A stretch of 64,000 nucleotides of DNA, from positions 5,912 through 69,911 of the forward strand of contig CAWCFR010000033.1 in assembly GCA_963794725.1 (NCBI GenBank), read 5' to 3'. Source of the stretch: an uncultured Actinomycetota bacterium. Its GTDB lineage: Bacteria > Actinomycetota > Actinomycetes > Propionibacteriales > Nocardioidaceae. Below are positions 23,014 through 33,694 of this stretch, in pieces; position 1 is the first letter of the stretch; each line of letters opens with the position of its first letter. Made by a program: the position numbers and the translations under genes. The notes beneath the pieces were generated by a model. It saw nothing but the letters and a program-made list of their open reading frames with translations. It did no database searches and was not told the origin of the DNA.

Positions 23014-25812
23014 ATGACAGAGCTGTCAGCCGCCGAGCGGTACGAGCGTGCGCGTCGCAACCGGGAGCACCCGCTGCTGGCCGACTTCGCCTCGCAGATG
23101 TCCTTCCAGCTCGACGACTTCCAGGTGCGGGCCTGCCGCGAGCTCGAGGACGGCCGGTCCGTGCTGGTCGCGGCGCCCACCGGCTCGGGCAAGACGATCG
23201 TCGGCGAGTTCGCGGTGCACCTCGCGCTGCAGTCCGGGCGCAAGGCGTTCTACACGACGCCGATCAAGGCGCTGTCCAACCAGAAGTTCAACGACCTCGT
23301 CCGGAGGTACGGCGCCGACCAGGTCGGCCTGCTCACCGGTGACAACTCGATCAACGGCGAGGCGCCGGTGGTCGTGATGACCACCGAGGTGCTGCGCAAC
23401 ATGCTCTACGCCGGATCGCGCACCCTGGAGGGCCTCGGGTTCGTGGTGATGGACGAGGTGCACTACCTCGCCGACCGGATGCGTGGCGCGGTCTGGGAAG
23501 AGGTGATCATCCACCTCCCCGAGTCGGTGGCACTGGCCTCCCTGTCGGCGACCGTCAGCAACGCCGAGGAGTTCGGCGAGTGGCTGCGCACCGTGCGCGG
23601 GGAGACCACCACGATCGTCGAGGAGCGCCGCCCGGTGCCGCTCTACCAGCACGTGATCGTCGGCCGGCGGATGTACGACCTGTTCGCCGACGAGGGCGGC
23701 ACCGACCCCGCCGAGCTGGACCGCGAGCACCGCGAGCCGAAGGTCAACCCGCAGCTGGTGCGCGTCGCCCGCGACGACTGGGCCTCCGGCCGGGTGCGCG
23801 ACCGGCGACCTGCCCGCGGCGGCAAGCGTCCCTACAAGGGGCCGGGCGGGACGCGCGGGGTGTGGACGCCCAGCCGCAGCGAGGTCGTCGAGCAGCTCGA
23901 CCGCGCCGCCCTGCTGCCCGCGATCGTGTTCATCTTCAGCCGCGTCGGGTGCGACGCCGCGGTGCAGCAGTGCCTGAACACCAACCTGCGGCTGACCAAG
24001 CCCGAGGAGCGCGACGAGATCTTCGCGTTCGTCGAGGAGCGCTGCTCCCACATCCCCGACGAGGACCTGCAGGTGCTCGGCTACCACGAGTTCCTCGACG
24101 GCCTCACGCGCGGGATCGCCGCTCACCACGCCGGCATGCTGCCCACGTTCAAGGAGTGCGTCGAGGAGCTGTTCCTGCGGGGCCTGTGCCGCGTCGTGTT
24201 CGCCACCGAGACACTGGCCCTCGGCATCAACATGCCGGCCCGCTCGGTGGTCCTCGAGAAGCTCTCGAAGTGGAACGGCGAGACCCACGCCGACATCACG
24301 CCGGGGGAGTACACCCAGCTGACCGGCCGGGCGGGACGTCGCGGCATCGACGTCGAGGGGCACGGCGTCGTGCTGTGGCAGCAGGGGCTCGACCCGTCCG
24401 CGGTCGCCGGTCTGGCGTCGACCCGTACCTATCCCCTGAAGTCCAGCTTCCGGCCGTCGTACAACATGGCGGTCAACCTCGTGCACCACTACGGCCGCGA
24501 CCGCGCCCGCGAGCTGCTGGAGTCGTCGTTCGCCCAGTTCCAGGCGGACAAGGCGGTCGTGGGCCTGGCCCAGCAGCTGCGCAAGGCGGAGGAGGCGCTG
24601 GAGGGGTACGCCGAGGCGGCGGCCTGCGACCGCGGCGACTTCATGGAGTACGCCGGCCTGCGGCACCGGCTCTCCGAGACCGAGAAGGGGCTGGCGCGGT
24701 CACGCCGGCTGGACCGTCGCCAGGAGGTGATCGACTCGCTGGAGTCGCTGCGCCCCGGCGACGTGATCGAGGTGCCCAGCGGACGGTTCGCGGGCATGGC
24801 CGTGGTGCTCGACCCCGGCACCCGTGCCGACCGTGAGGGTCCGCGGCCCTACGTGCTCACCGCCGACCGGCACGCGCGGCGGCTCAGCCTGGTCGACTTC
24901 CCGACCCCGGTCGGGAGCATCACCCGGATGAAGGTGCCGCGGAACTTCAACGGACGCAATCCCCAGCAGCGACGCGACCTCGCCTCGACCCTGCGCAACC
25001 GGACCCACGGGCTGACCCCACCGCCGCCCGGCAAGCGCGGACGCGGACCGGCCCGCGAGGAGTCGGCGGACCGTGAGCTCGACGACCTCCGCACAGCGCT
25101 GCGGGCACATCCGTGCCACGGCTGCCCCGACCGCGAGGACCACTCCCGGTGGGCCGAGCGCTGGTTCAAGCTGGACCGGGACGCCCGCACCCTGCGGCGC
25201 CGGATCGAGCAGCGCACCAACACGATCGCCCGGCAGTTCGACCGGGTCTGCGAGGTGCTCACGGCACTGGACTACCTCGAGGGCGAGGGCTCCGCGTCGC
25301 GCGTGACCGACCGCGGGCGCACCCTGATGCGGATCTACAACGAGATGGACCTGCTCACCGCGGAGTCCCTGCGGGTCGGGCTCTGGGACGACCTCGACCC
25401 CTCCGCGCTGGCGGCGGTGCTCTCGACCCTGGTCTACGAGACCCGGCGGCCCGACGATGCCGCCGCGCCGCGCCTTCCCGGCGGGCGCGTGAAGGAGGTG
25501 CTCGCCGAGATGGTCTCGATCTGGGCAGACCTCGACGCCCTCGAGCGCGAGCACCACCTCGACCAGCTGCACGAGCCCGATCTCGGGTTCGCGTTCGCTG
25601 CCTACCGCTGGGCCGAGGGCGACGAGCTCGACGACGTGCTCGCTGCGACCGACCTGGCCGCCGGCGACTTCGTCCGGTGGGTCAAGCAGCTGCTCGACCT
25701 GGCCGACCAGGTGGCCGACGCCGCCGGCTCCGGGAAGCTCCGCAACGCCGCCCGCGAGACCGCCCAGCGGCTGCGGCGTGGAGTCGTGGCGTACTCCTCG
25801 GTCAGCGAGTAG
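23014..25812 (+). CDS. helY: Ski2-like DEAD/DEAH RNA helicase HelY
   Basis: APTGSGKT, DEVH, SAT, GRAGRRG, C-terminal DSHCT-like region. Confidence 0.93.
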   Translation: MTELSAAERYERARRNREHPLLADFASQMSFQLDDFQVRACRELEDGRSVLVAAPTGSGKTIVGEFAVHLALQSGRKAFYTTPIKALSNQKFNDLVRRYGADQVGLLTGDNSINGEAPVVVMTTEVLRNMLYAGSRTLEGLGFVVMDEVHYLADRMRGAVWEEVIIHLPESVALASLSATVSNAEEFGEWLRTVRGETTTIVEERRPVPLYQHVIVGRRMYDLFADEGGTDPAELDREHREPKVNPQLVRVARDDWASGRVRDRRPARGGKRPYKGPGGTRGVWTPSRSEVVEQLDRAALLPAIVFIFSRVGCDAAVQQCLNTNLRLTKPEERDEIFAFVEERCSHIPDEDLQVLGYHEFLDGLTRGIAAHHAGMLPTFKECVEELFLRGLCRVVFATETLALGINMPARSVVLEKLSKWNGETHADITPGEYTQLTGRAGRRGIDVEGHGVVLWQQGLDPSAVAGLASTRTYPLKSSFRPSYNMAVNLVHHYGRDRARELLESSFAQFQADKAVVGLAQQLRKAEEALEGYAEAAACDRGDFMEYAGLRHRLSETEKGLARSRRLDRRQEVIDSLESLRPGDVIEVPSGRFAGMAVVLDPGTRADREGPRPYVLTADRHARRLSLVDFPTPVGSITRMKVPRNFNGRNPQQRRDLASTLRNRTHGLTPPPPGKRGRGPAREESADRELDDLRTALRAHPCHGCPDREDHSRWAERWFKLDRDARTLRRRIEQRTNTIARQFDRVCEVLTALDYLEGEGSASRVTDRGRTLMRIYNEMDLLTAESLRVGLWDDLDPSALAAVLSTLVYETRRPDDAAAPRLPGGRVKEVLAEMVSIWADLDALEREHHLDQLHEPDLGFAFAAYRWAEGDELDDVLAATDLAAGDFVRWVKQLLDLADQVADAAGSGKLRNAARETAQRLRRGVVAYSSVSE

Positions 25813-26530
25813 ACGCCTCGAAGCCGTCGATGATCAGCCCGACGTCGTAGAGGAACTCCGCGGCCTCGTCGGGCGGGGGAGCGTCACCCGGGCCCTGGGC
25901 GACCACCCGCGTCAGGAGCGGGTAGATCTCGGGGTCGGCGAGCTCACGGACCAGGACCATGTAGTCGGTCTCGACGCCGGTCTCCTTCGCCGCCTCGCGC
26001 GCCCGGCGCTCGTCGAAGAGCATCCGCGCGTCGATCAGCGCGTGCTGGCTGAGCAGGCCCAGCAGCCGGATCTTGGCGGCGTCGGGCGCGTCCACGTCTT
26101 CCAGCACCCCGAGCCCCAGCTCGAGCCACGCCAGCGACGCCGGCGCCAGGGGAGGGCTGGACATCGGCAGCTGGACTATCCAGATGTTCTCCTCGATCAC
26201 CCCGCGCTGGGTCACGGACCAGGAGACCAGCCGCTCGCGCCAGGTCTCGCCCTCGGGCTCCCAGCTGCCCAGGGAGAAGGCGCTGGCGTTCCACATCAGC
26301 TGGAACAGCTCGTCCTTGCTGCTCACGTGCCGGTAGAGCGACATGGTGCTGAAGCCCAGCGCCTCGGCCACCCGGGCCATCGACACCGCGTCGAGCCCGT
26401 CGGCGTTGGCGATGTCGACGGCCGCCCGCACGATGCGGTCGACGTCGAGCTCGGCACGTGGCCCACGGCTGGCGGTCGCACGCCGGCCCCACAGGGTCTC
26501 CAGGGCGGGCGGGAGTCGGACCTCGGACAT
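25802..26530 (-). CDS. TetR-family regulator
   Basis: SMARVAEALGFSTMSLYRHVSSKDEL. Confidence 0.9.
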   Translation of the reverse strand: MSEVRLPPALETLWGRRATASRGPRAELDVDRIVRAAVDIANADGLDAVSMARVAEALGFSTMSLYRHVSSKDELFQLMWNASAFSLGSWEPEGETWRERLVSWSVTQRGVIEENIWIVQLPMSSPPLAPASLAWLELGLGVLEDVDAPDAAKIRLLGLLSQHALIDARMLFDERRAREAAKETGVETDYMVLVRELADPEIYPLLTRVVAQGPGDAPPPDEAAEFLYDVGLIIDGFEASTR

Positions 26531-26558
26531 GGCGCTCAATCTCTCACGGGCAGGTGCG

Positions 26559-26594
26559 TTGACACGTTCAGTGTACGCCGTATACAGTTTGTGT

Positions 26595-26605
<11 letters not shown>
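26559..26605 (+). promoter_or_regulatory. Sigma-A-type leaderless promoter overlapped by inverted-repeat operator
   Basis: TTGACA-N18-TACAGT, ATG at 26595; imperfect inverted repeat GTGTACG...CGTACAC (26571-26605). Confidence 0.7.
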
Positions 26606-27528
<923 letters not shown>

Positions 27529-27541
27529 CCCGGAGCAGCCC

Positions 27542-28315
27542 ATGAGCCTGACCACGCTGTCCGCCACCGCCCTCGACACCCGCGTGATGATCGGCCGCAG
27601 CGTCCGCCGATCGCTGCGCGACCCCGAGGCCTTCTTCACCGCGCTGATGCTGCCGGTGATCCTGATGCTGCTGTTCGTCTACGTCTTCGGGGGTGCACTG
27701 CGGACCGGCACGACGTACGTGAACTACGTCGTACCGGGGCTGATCGTGCTCTGTGCCGGCTTCGGCGCAGGGACCACAGCGACCGCGGTCGCGCAGGACA
27801 TGACCAACGGCATCGTCGACCGGTTCCGCTCGATGCCGGTGTCGCCGACCTCGGTGCTCACCGGCCACGTGATCGCGAGCCTGCTGCGCAACCTGCTCGC
27901 GACGGCGTTGGTGATCGCGGTCGGGCTCGCCGTGGGCTGGCGCCCGTCGGGCAGTGCTGTGGACTGGGTCGCGGCGCTGGTCGCCGTCGTGCTCTTCATC
28001 CTGACGCTGTCGTGGCTGGCAGCGGCCGTGGGCCTCGTTGCGCGCAGCCCCGAAGCTGCGAACAGCATGACCATCGTGCTGATGTTCCTGCCCTACGTGA
28101 GCACGGCGTTCGTGCCGGCCTCGACGATGCCGTCATGGATGCGCGGGTTCGCCGAGCACCAGCCGATGACCCCGGTGATCGAGACGTTGCGCGGACTGTG
28201 GATGGGCACGCCCCTCGGCCACCAGCCGCTCTGGGCCGCCCTGTGGTGCCTGGTGCTGCTCGTCGTGTCGATCGTCGCCGCCACGATGCTCTTCGCGCGG
28301 CGCACCAGCCGCTGA
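27542..28315 (+). CDS. ABC-2 permease (DrrB-like)
   Basis: Multiple TM segments, DRFRSMP, MPSWM..FAEHQP. Confidence 0.9.
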   Translation: MSLTTLSATALDTRVMIGRSVRRSLRDPEAFFTALMLPVILMLLFVYVFGGALRTGTTYVNYVVPGLIVLCAGFGAGTTATAVAQDMTNGIVDRFRSMPVSPTSVLTGHVIASLLRNLLATALVIAVGLAVGWRPSGSAVDWVAALVAVVLFILTLSWLAAAVGLVARSPEAANSMTIVLMFLPYVSTAFVPASTMPSWMRGFAEHQPMTPVIETLRGLWMGTPLGHQPLWAALWCLVLLVVSIVAATMLFARRTSR

Positions 28316-28320
28316 GCCGA

Positions 28321-28953
28321 TCAGTGCCGATGCGCGCGGAGCACCGTGTCGTGCACGGTCACTTCGCGGTCGTCGCCGTCCCTGGCGCTCTTCGGCCGCA
28401 CCCTGGCTGACACGACGTCCCACTCGTCGCCGAGGTCGGCAGTCAGGTCCTCCGGGGTGAAGAACAGGTCCGGTTCCGGCGGTCGTCTGACGGTCGTCAC
28501 GAGGTCGCTGGGGTGGTGCGCCACGACGAGGAACGAGCCACCGGGGCGCACGGCCGCTGCCAGGCCGGCGTACACCCGCGTGCGGAGCTCGACCGGGAAG
28601 TGCAGGAAGGTCACCGAGACCAGGTCGTACGTCGACGGGGGAGGCTGCCACGCGAGGACGTCGCGCTGCTGCCACGAGACGCGACCCTGCAGATCCCTGG
28701 CCTCGGCCTGCGCTGCCGCCCGGTCGAGCGCGACCCGGGAGACGTCGACGGCCTCGACCTGCCACCCGCGCTCCGCCATCCACAGCGCGTCGCCACCCTC
28801 GCCACACGCGACGTCGAGTGCCGTCCCCGGCGTGAGGGACCCGACCTCCTCCTCGAGGGCGGCGTTGACGTGGCCGCTCCACAGCGACGGCTTCTCGCCG
28901 TAGCGCCGGTCCCAGTTCTCCGCGGTCCAGCGGTCCATCCGGTCGTCGTGCAC
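28321..28953 (-). CDS. Class I SAM-dependent methyltransferase
   Basis: ALDVACGEGGDA, VRPGG. Confidence 0.88.
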   Translation of the reverse strand: MHDDRMDRWTAENWDRRYGEKPSLWSGHVNAALEEEVGSLTPGTALDVACGEGGDALWMAERGWQVEAVDVSRVALDRAAAQAEARDLQGRVSWQQRDVLAWQPPPSTYDLVSVTFLHFPVELRTRVYAGLAAAVRPGGSFLVVAHHPSDLVTTVRRPPEPDLFFTPEDLTADLGDEWDVVSARVRPKSARDGDDREVTVHDTVLRAHRH

Positions 28954-28969
28954 GATGCCCTCCTGGGCC

Positions 28970-29893
28970 TCAGCCGGCCAGCACCTCGGTGAGCCGCTTC
29001 ACCGGGCTGGTCAGACCCCACTGCTCCGCGATGGCGGCCAGCATGTCGGGGTCGGCCGGCTCGCTGGGCAGGGTCAGGTCGGGGTCGCCGAGGTCGATGT
29101 CGCGCGCCACCGCGACGACCTCGGGCGCGACCGCGAGGTAGTCCAGGGCAGCCTTGATCTTGCCTCGGGGGCCCGGGCCCATGTCGCCGTCGGGGTCCTT
29201 GGCGGCCGCGATGATCGCGTCGAGCTCGCCGAACCGGTTCAGCAGCACCGCCGCCGTCTTGTCGCCGACTCCGGCCACACCGGGCAGGCCGTCGGAGCTG
29301 TCGCCGCGCAGCGTGGCGAGCGCGGCGTACTGGTTGGCGTCGACGCCGTACTTCTCGCGCACGACGTCGTTGGTGATCCGCTCGTGCTTGCTGACGCCGC
29401 GGGCGATGTAGAGCACCCGGACCTCCGCCTCGTCGTCGACGAGCTGGAACAGGTCGCGGTCACCGGTGACGATGTCGACCGGCATCCCGGCGTCCGTGGC
29501 CAGCGTGCCGATCACGTCGTCGGCCTCGTAGTGGTCGGCGCCGACGATCGTGATGCCGAAGGCCTCGAGGGCGGCCACGATGATCGGGATCTGCTGCTCC
29601 AGCGGGTCGGGCACCTCCTCGATGTCAGGCGTGTCGCCGGGCCGGGGCGCCTCGACGCGGTGGGCCTTGTACGACGGGATCAGGTCCACCCGCCACTGCG
29701 GGCGCCAGTCGTTGTCCCAGCAGCAGGCGAGGTGGGTCGGCTCGTACTCGTCGACGAGCCGGCTGATGAAGTCGAGCAGCCCGCGCACTGCGTTGACCGG
29801 CGTCCCGTCCGGGGCGGTCACGCTGTCCGGCACGCCGAAGAAGGCCCGGAAGTACATCGACGCCGTGTCAGGAGCATCAAGGCGGTTCGTCAC
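28970..29893 (-). CDS. Stand-alone 5'-3' exonuclease/flap endonuclease
   Basis: DTASMYFRAF, SYKAHR, YEADDVIG, TGDRD, RGDSSDGLPGVAGVGDKTA. Confidence 0.92.
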   Translation of the reverse strand: MTNRLDAPDTASMYFRAFFGVPDSVTAPDGTPVNAVRGLLDFISRLVDEYEPTHLACCWDNDWRPQWRVDLIPSYKAHRVEAPRPGDTPDIEEVPDPLEQQIPIIVAALEAFGITIVGADHYEADDVIGTLATDAGMPVDIVTGDRDLFQLVDDEAEVRVLYIARGVSKHERITNDVVREKYGVDANQYAALATLRGDSSDGLPGVAGVGDKTAAVLLNRFGELDAIIAAAKDPDGDMGPGPRGKIKAALDYLAVAPEVVAVARDIDLGDPDLTLPSEPADPDMLAAIAEQWGLTSPVKRLTEVLAG

Positions 29894-29935
29894 AGCCGGG
29901 GAGTCTAGTAGGGCTGACGCACTAGGCTCGCCTGC

Positions 29936-30373
29936 GTGGAGAAGATCGACCGCCAGATCCTGGGGCTGCTCGCCGACGACGGCCGGATGTCCTACACCGA
30001 CCTGGGCAAGGCGACCGGCCTCTCCACGAGCGCGGTGCACCAGCGGGTGAAGCGGCTGGAGGAGCGCGGCCTGATCCTCGGGTACGGCGCCACGATCGAC
30101 CACGCCGCCGCCGGCAAGCCGCTGACGGCCTTCGTGAGCATCACGCCGTTCGACGTCTCCGAGCCCGACGACTACCCCGAACGGCTCCGCGGCATCCCGG
30201 AGATCGAGTCGTGCTGGTCCGTGGCGGGGGAGGAGTCCTACATCCTCAAGGTGCGCGTCCCCACGCCGGCCGACCTCGAGGAGCTGCTCGCCCGGGTGCG
30301 CGGGTCGGCCAACGTCTCCACCCGCACCACGATCGTGCTGTCGACGCCGTACGAGAACCGCCCGCTCCACTAG
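29936..30373 (+). CDS. Lrp/AsnC regulator
   Basis: DGRMSYTDLG...VHQRVKRLE. Confidence 0.92.
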   Translation: MEKIDRQILGLLADDGRMSYTDLGKATGLSTSAVHQRVKRLEERGLILGYGATIDHAAAGKPLTAFVSITPFDVSEPDDYPERLRGIPEIESCWSVAGEESYILKVRVPTPADLEELLARVRGSANVSTRTTIVLSTPYENRPLH

Positions 30374-30380
30374 TCGGACC

Positions 30381-30866
30381 TCACCGGCCGTCGTACGCCG
30401 CCTGGAGCTCGTCGATGTCGAAGGCGCGCTTGTCGATCTTCATGAAGCAGGCGACCACGCGCTTCACCTTCTCCGGGTCGGGGTCGGCCATCATCTCGTC
30501 GAGCCGGGTCGGGTAGACCTGCCAGCTGAAGCCGTAGCGGTCCTTGAGCCAGCCGCACGGGCCGGGCTCGCCCTCCTTCACCAGCGCGTCCCACAGCCGG
30601 TCGATCTCGTCCTGGGTGTCGCACGGGACGGCGAGCGAGACCGACTCGTTCGGGGTGAAGCGGGTGTCCCCGCCGTTGATGGCGACGTAGGGCTGGCCGA
30701 GGAGCTCGAAGTAGATCGCCATCTTCTGCCCGGCCAGGTCGCCGGCCTCCGGGCCGTGGTCGACTGAGCTGGTGATGCTGCTGCCCTCGAACAGGGAGCA
30801 GTAGAAGTCCACCGCCTCCTCGATCTTGCCGTCGTTGATCCACAGGTTCGGGATGATCTTCTGCAT
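30381..30866 (-). CDS. VOC/PhnB-like protein
   Basis: KIIPNLW, CGWLKDRYGFSWQV. Confidence 0.88.
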   Translation of the reverse strand: MQKIIPNLWINDGKIEEAVDFYCSLFEGSSITSSVDHGPEAGDLAGQKMAIYFELLGQPYVAINGGDTRFTPNESVSLAVPCDTQDEIDRLWDALVKEGEPGPCGWLKDRYGFSWQVYPTRLDEMMADPDPEKVKRVVACFMKIDKRAFDIDELQAAYDGR

Positions 30867-30905
30867 GGTGCTCTCCTCCGTCTGGCAGCTGCGTTCACCC
30901 ATGGT

Positions 30906-30932
30906 GACTCGTCGGAGCGCCGCGACTCATCG
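30906..30932 (-). promoter_or_regulatory. SigG/ECF56-like promoter
   Basis: CGATGA-N18-GTC upstream of a VOC gene. Confidence 0.55.
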
Positions 30933-30948
30933 GCCGGAGCCGGCCGGC

Positions 30949-31950
30949 TCACTCCAGCAGCTCGAGCACCGCCGCCTCGAGCGTGCGCTGCTTGACGGCG
31001 GGGGAGCGGTACTTCTTGTGCACCATCGCCGGGTCGATCGTGGTGCCGTTCTCGTAGAGGTCGATCACCCGCGGGTCGATGTAGGAGTTCCGCGCGATGG
31101 TGGGGGTGTTGCCGAGGTACTCCGCCACCTCGGAGACGGCCCCCTTGATCGCGCGCTGGCGCGAGCGCTTGGTGTCTCCGGGCTCGTCGGAGGCGGCGAG
31201 CGCGGCCGCTGCGAGGACCGTGGCGTGCCAGGTCCGGAAGTCCTTCGCGGTGAGGTCGTCGAACATGCTGCTGAGGTAGAGGTTGACCGCGGAGGAGTCC
31301 AGGTCGGACCACCGCCGCTCCTTCAGGTAGGCGAGCAGTCGTTCGGTGCCGCCCCGGCGCTTGCGCAGGCTGTCCAGCGCCGGGATCACCTCGGGATCGT
31401 CGATCTCGACGGAGTGCTCGATGCCCGACTTGCCGACGAAGTGGAAGACCATCGTGGTGCCCTTGCGGCGCACGTGCCGCTTCTCCAGCGTGGTCAGGCC
31501 GAAGGAGCCGTTGATGTCGGCGTAGACGTCACTGCCGATGCGGAAGTAGCCGAGGTCCAGCAGCCGTACGGCGACAGCTTCGGCGCGCTCCAAGGGCATC
31601 CCCTCGAGCCCGAGGTCGCGCTTGATCGCCCTCCGTGCGGCAGGCAGCTTGCGCGCAGCCGCGAGCACGCGGTCGAACTTCATCTTGTCGCGCTTGGTCC
31701 GCCAGTCGGGGTGGTAGAGGTACTGGCGCCGTCCCGCGTCGTCGGTCCCGACGGCCTGGATGTGCCCGTTGGGGAACGGCGAGATCCACACCTCCTGCCA
31801 GGCCGGAGGGATCGCCAGCGACTTGATCCGCTGCACCTCGTCGGCGTCGGTGATCCGGGCGCCGTCCTTGTCCATGAACACCCATCCCGACCCTGCCCGG
31901 CGCCGCGAGAACCCCTTCATCGACGGGGACACGGTCCGGAGGCGTGGCAT
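30949..31950 (-). CDS. Bacterial DNA topoisomerase IB
   Basis: IPPAW, GRRQYLYH, FRIG, F.GKSG, AKDFRTW, LGNTPTIARNSYI. Confidence 0.92.
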   Translation of the reverse strand: MPRLRTVSPSMKGFSRRRAGSGWVFMDKDGARITDADEVQRIKSLAIPPAWQEVWISPFPNGHIQAVGTDDAGRRQYLYHPDWRTKRDKMKFDRVLAAARKLPAARRAIKRDLGLEGMPLERAEAVAVRLLDLGYFRIGSDVYADINGSFGLTTLEKRHVRRKGTTMVFHFVGKSGIEHSVEIDDPEVIPALDSLRKRRGGTERLLAYLKERRWSDLDSSAVNLYLSSMFDDLTAKDFRTWHATVLAAAALAASDEPGDTKRSRQRAIKGAVSEVAEYLGNTPTIARNSYIDPRVIDLYENGTTIDPAMVHKKYRSPAVKQRTLEAAVLELLE

Positions 31951-32007
31951 GGGCGTCATGTTCCCCGACGGGGCTTCCCTCATGCGGTGAGAGGGGTCAC
32001 GTCGGGA

Positions 32008-32034
32008 TGTCGAGAAACCTGCGACGGCACCGTC
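32008..32034 (+). promoter_or_regulatory. ECF42-like promoter
   Basis: TGTCGA-N17-CGTC upstream of a VOC gene. Confidence 0.5.
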
Positions 32035-32076
32035 CCCGGAGAAAGACACCAGAACCAGCGTTGGAGGATGGCAGCC

Positions 32077-32517
32077 ATGTCGCACATCAAGCACTTCGAC
32101 CACGTCGGGATCACCGTCGAGGACCTCGACACGGTGACGGCGTTCTTCGTCGGCCTGGGTCTCGAGATCGAGGGCCGCACGTTCGTGGAGGGGGAGTTCC
32201 TGGACACCGTCTGCGGCATCCCGGGCTCGCGCACGGAGATCGTCATGCTGCGGCCGCCGGGCGGAGGAACGGCGATCGAGCTCGCGAGATTCGTCAGGCC
32301 CGACCACGTGCCCGGATCGCCCGCCGCGATGGCCAACGAGCTGGGCATCCGCAACGTGTGCTTCGAGGTCACCGACCTGCAGGCGTTGGTCGAGAGCCTC
32401 GCTGCCGAAGGCTACGGACTGGTCGGCGGCATCGGCGAGCACGAGAACACCTGGCGGATGGCCTACGTGCGCGGACCCGAAGGAATCGTCGTCTCGCTGG
32501 CGGATCGGATCGACTGA
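32077..32517 (+). CDS. VOC/glyoxalase family protein
   Basis: FDHVGITVEDL...YVRGPEG. Confidence 0.88.
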   Translation: MSHIKHFDHVGITVEDLDTVTAFFVGLGLEIEGRTFVEGEFLDTVCGIPGSRTEIVMLRPPGGGTAIELARFVRPDHVPGSPAAMANELGIRNVCFEVTDLQALVESLAAEGYGLVGGIGEHENTWRMAYVRGPEGIVVSLADRID

Positions 32518-32696
32518 CGCGTCGGGCGACTCGTCGGAGAGATGCGGGTTTGTCGGGCACTTTTGCGTCCTGCGGACTAGACGATCCGATGTGTTTCCTG
32601 CACAGGGGTTGCGGGGTCGATCTGGGCGGTCGAACGATGAGATGCCAAGAAGCGCAGTCGTCGTCGACGCCGTGCCCTGCTGTGGAAGGGGAGGCC

Positions 32697-33685
32697 ATGT
32701 GGTCTCGATCCCGCACTGTCAAGCTCGTGATGGCCGGCCTGTTGGTCGCCGTCTTCCTCAGTCCCGTCGAGGCCGCCTCGGCGCCGACGTATGCAGCCAC
32801 GCTCGCAGGCGAGACATCCGGTGATCGCCTTCTCGACCGGGTTCATCCTGATCAACCCCGACCTCGAGAGCCCGTCACAGGTGATGACGGTCAGGCCCGA
32901 CGGCACCGACCAGCGTCAGCTGACGCACGTCCCTGAGGGCAAGCAGGCCGGCGCCCCCGACATCTCGCCCGACGGGAGGACGATCGCCTACGTCTCCAAC
33001 GAGGGCGGTGACAACTTCGCGGTCCGGGCGATGAACACCGACGGCTCGGGGCAGCACCAGCTGTTCGGCAAGGCCGGCTTCGACTACTACCAGCCGCGGT
33101 GGTCACCGGACGGCACGAAGCTCGTCGTCACCCGCTGCGACTCCTCGGTCGGCTTCATCACCAACTGCGACATCGTGATGGCCAGGCGCGACGGCAGCGG
33201 CCTGCGCACCCTGGTCGGCGGCGGCCGGTTCAGCGGCGACGCCACGTTCTCCCCGGACGGCAAGTGGATCGCCTTCGACAGCGACCGGGCCGGGTACATC
33301 TCCACCGTGTGGGTGCTCCGCATCGACGGTGGCACGCCGATCCGGCTGACCGACCCGAACCTCGAGGCCTTCTGGCCGAACTGGTCACCCGACGGCAGCC
33401 ACCTGGTGTTCAGCAGCAACTGCTGCCGTGCCACTCAGCCAGGTGTTCACCATGCGCCGGGACGGGTCGCACCTGCGCCAGCTGACCCATGCGACCGGTG
33501 GTGGCGGACCCGCCTTCGCGTCGTACTCGCCCGACGGTCGGCAGATCGTCTTCACCAGTGACCAGCTGCGTGGGCCCGACTTCGACCACGCCGACCTGTT
33601 CGTGATGAACACCGACGGCACCCAGGTGCACCGGATCGTCGAGGGCCAACCCACGCCGTCGGTGGCGACTGGTCACGGGGAGTGA
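32697..33685 (+). CDS. Secreted TolB-like beta-propeller (PD40 repeats), frameshifted
   Basis: Signal-like N-terminus; repeated xSPDG motifs. Confidence 0.75.
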
Positions 33686-33694
33686 GGTAACGCC

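Noticed and set aside
21392-25812. Long N-terminal extensions on the lipid kinase (538 aa) and HelY (1173 aa)
   Set aside because: Stop-poor alternative frames overlapping upstream genes; real starts are near 22133 and 23014
32549-32575. TGTCGG as a second PafBC promoter (also at about 42610 on the minus strand)
   Set aside because: No TA-N3-T at the required 10-nt spacing
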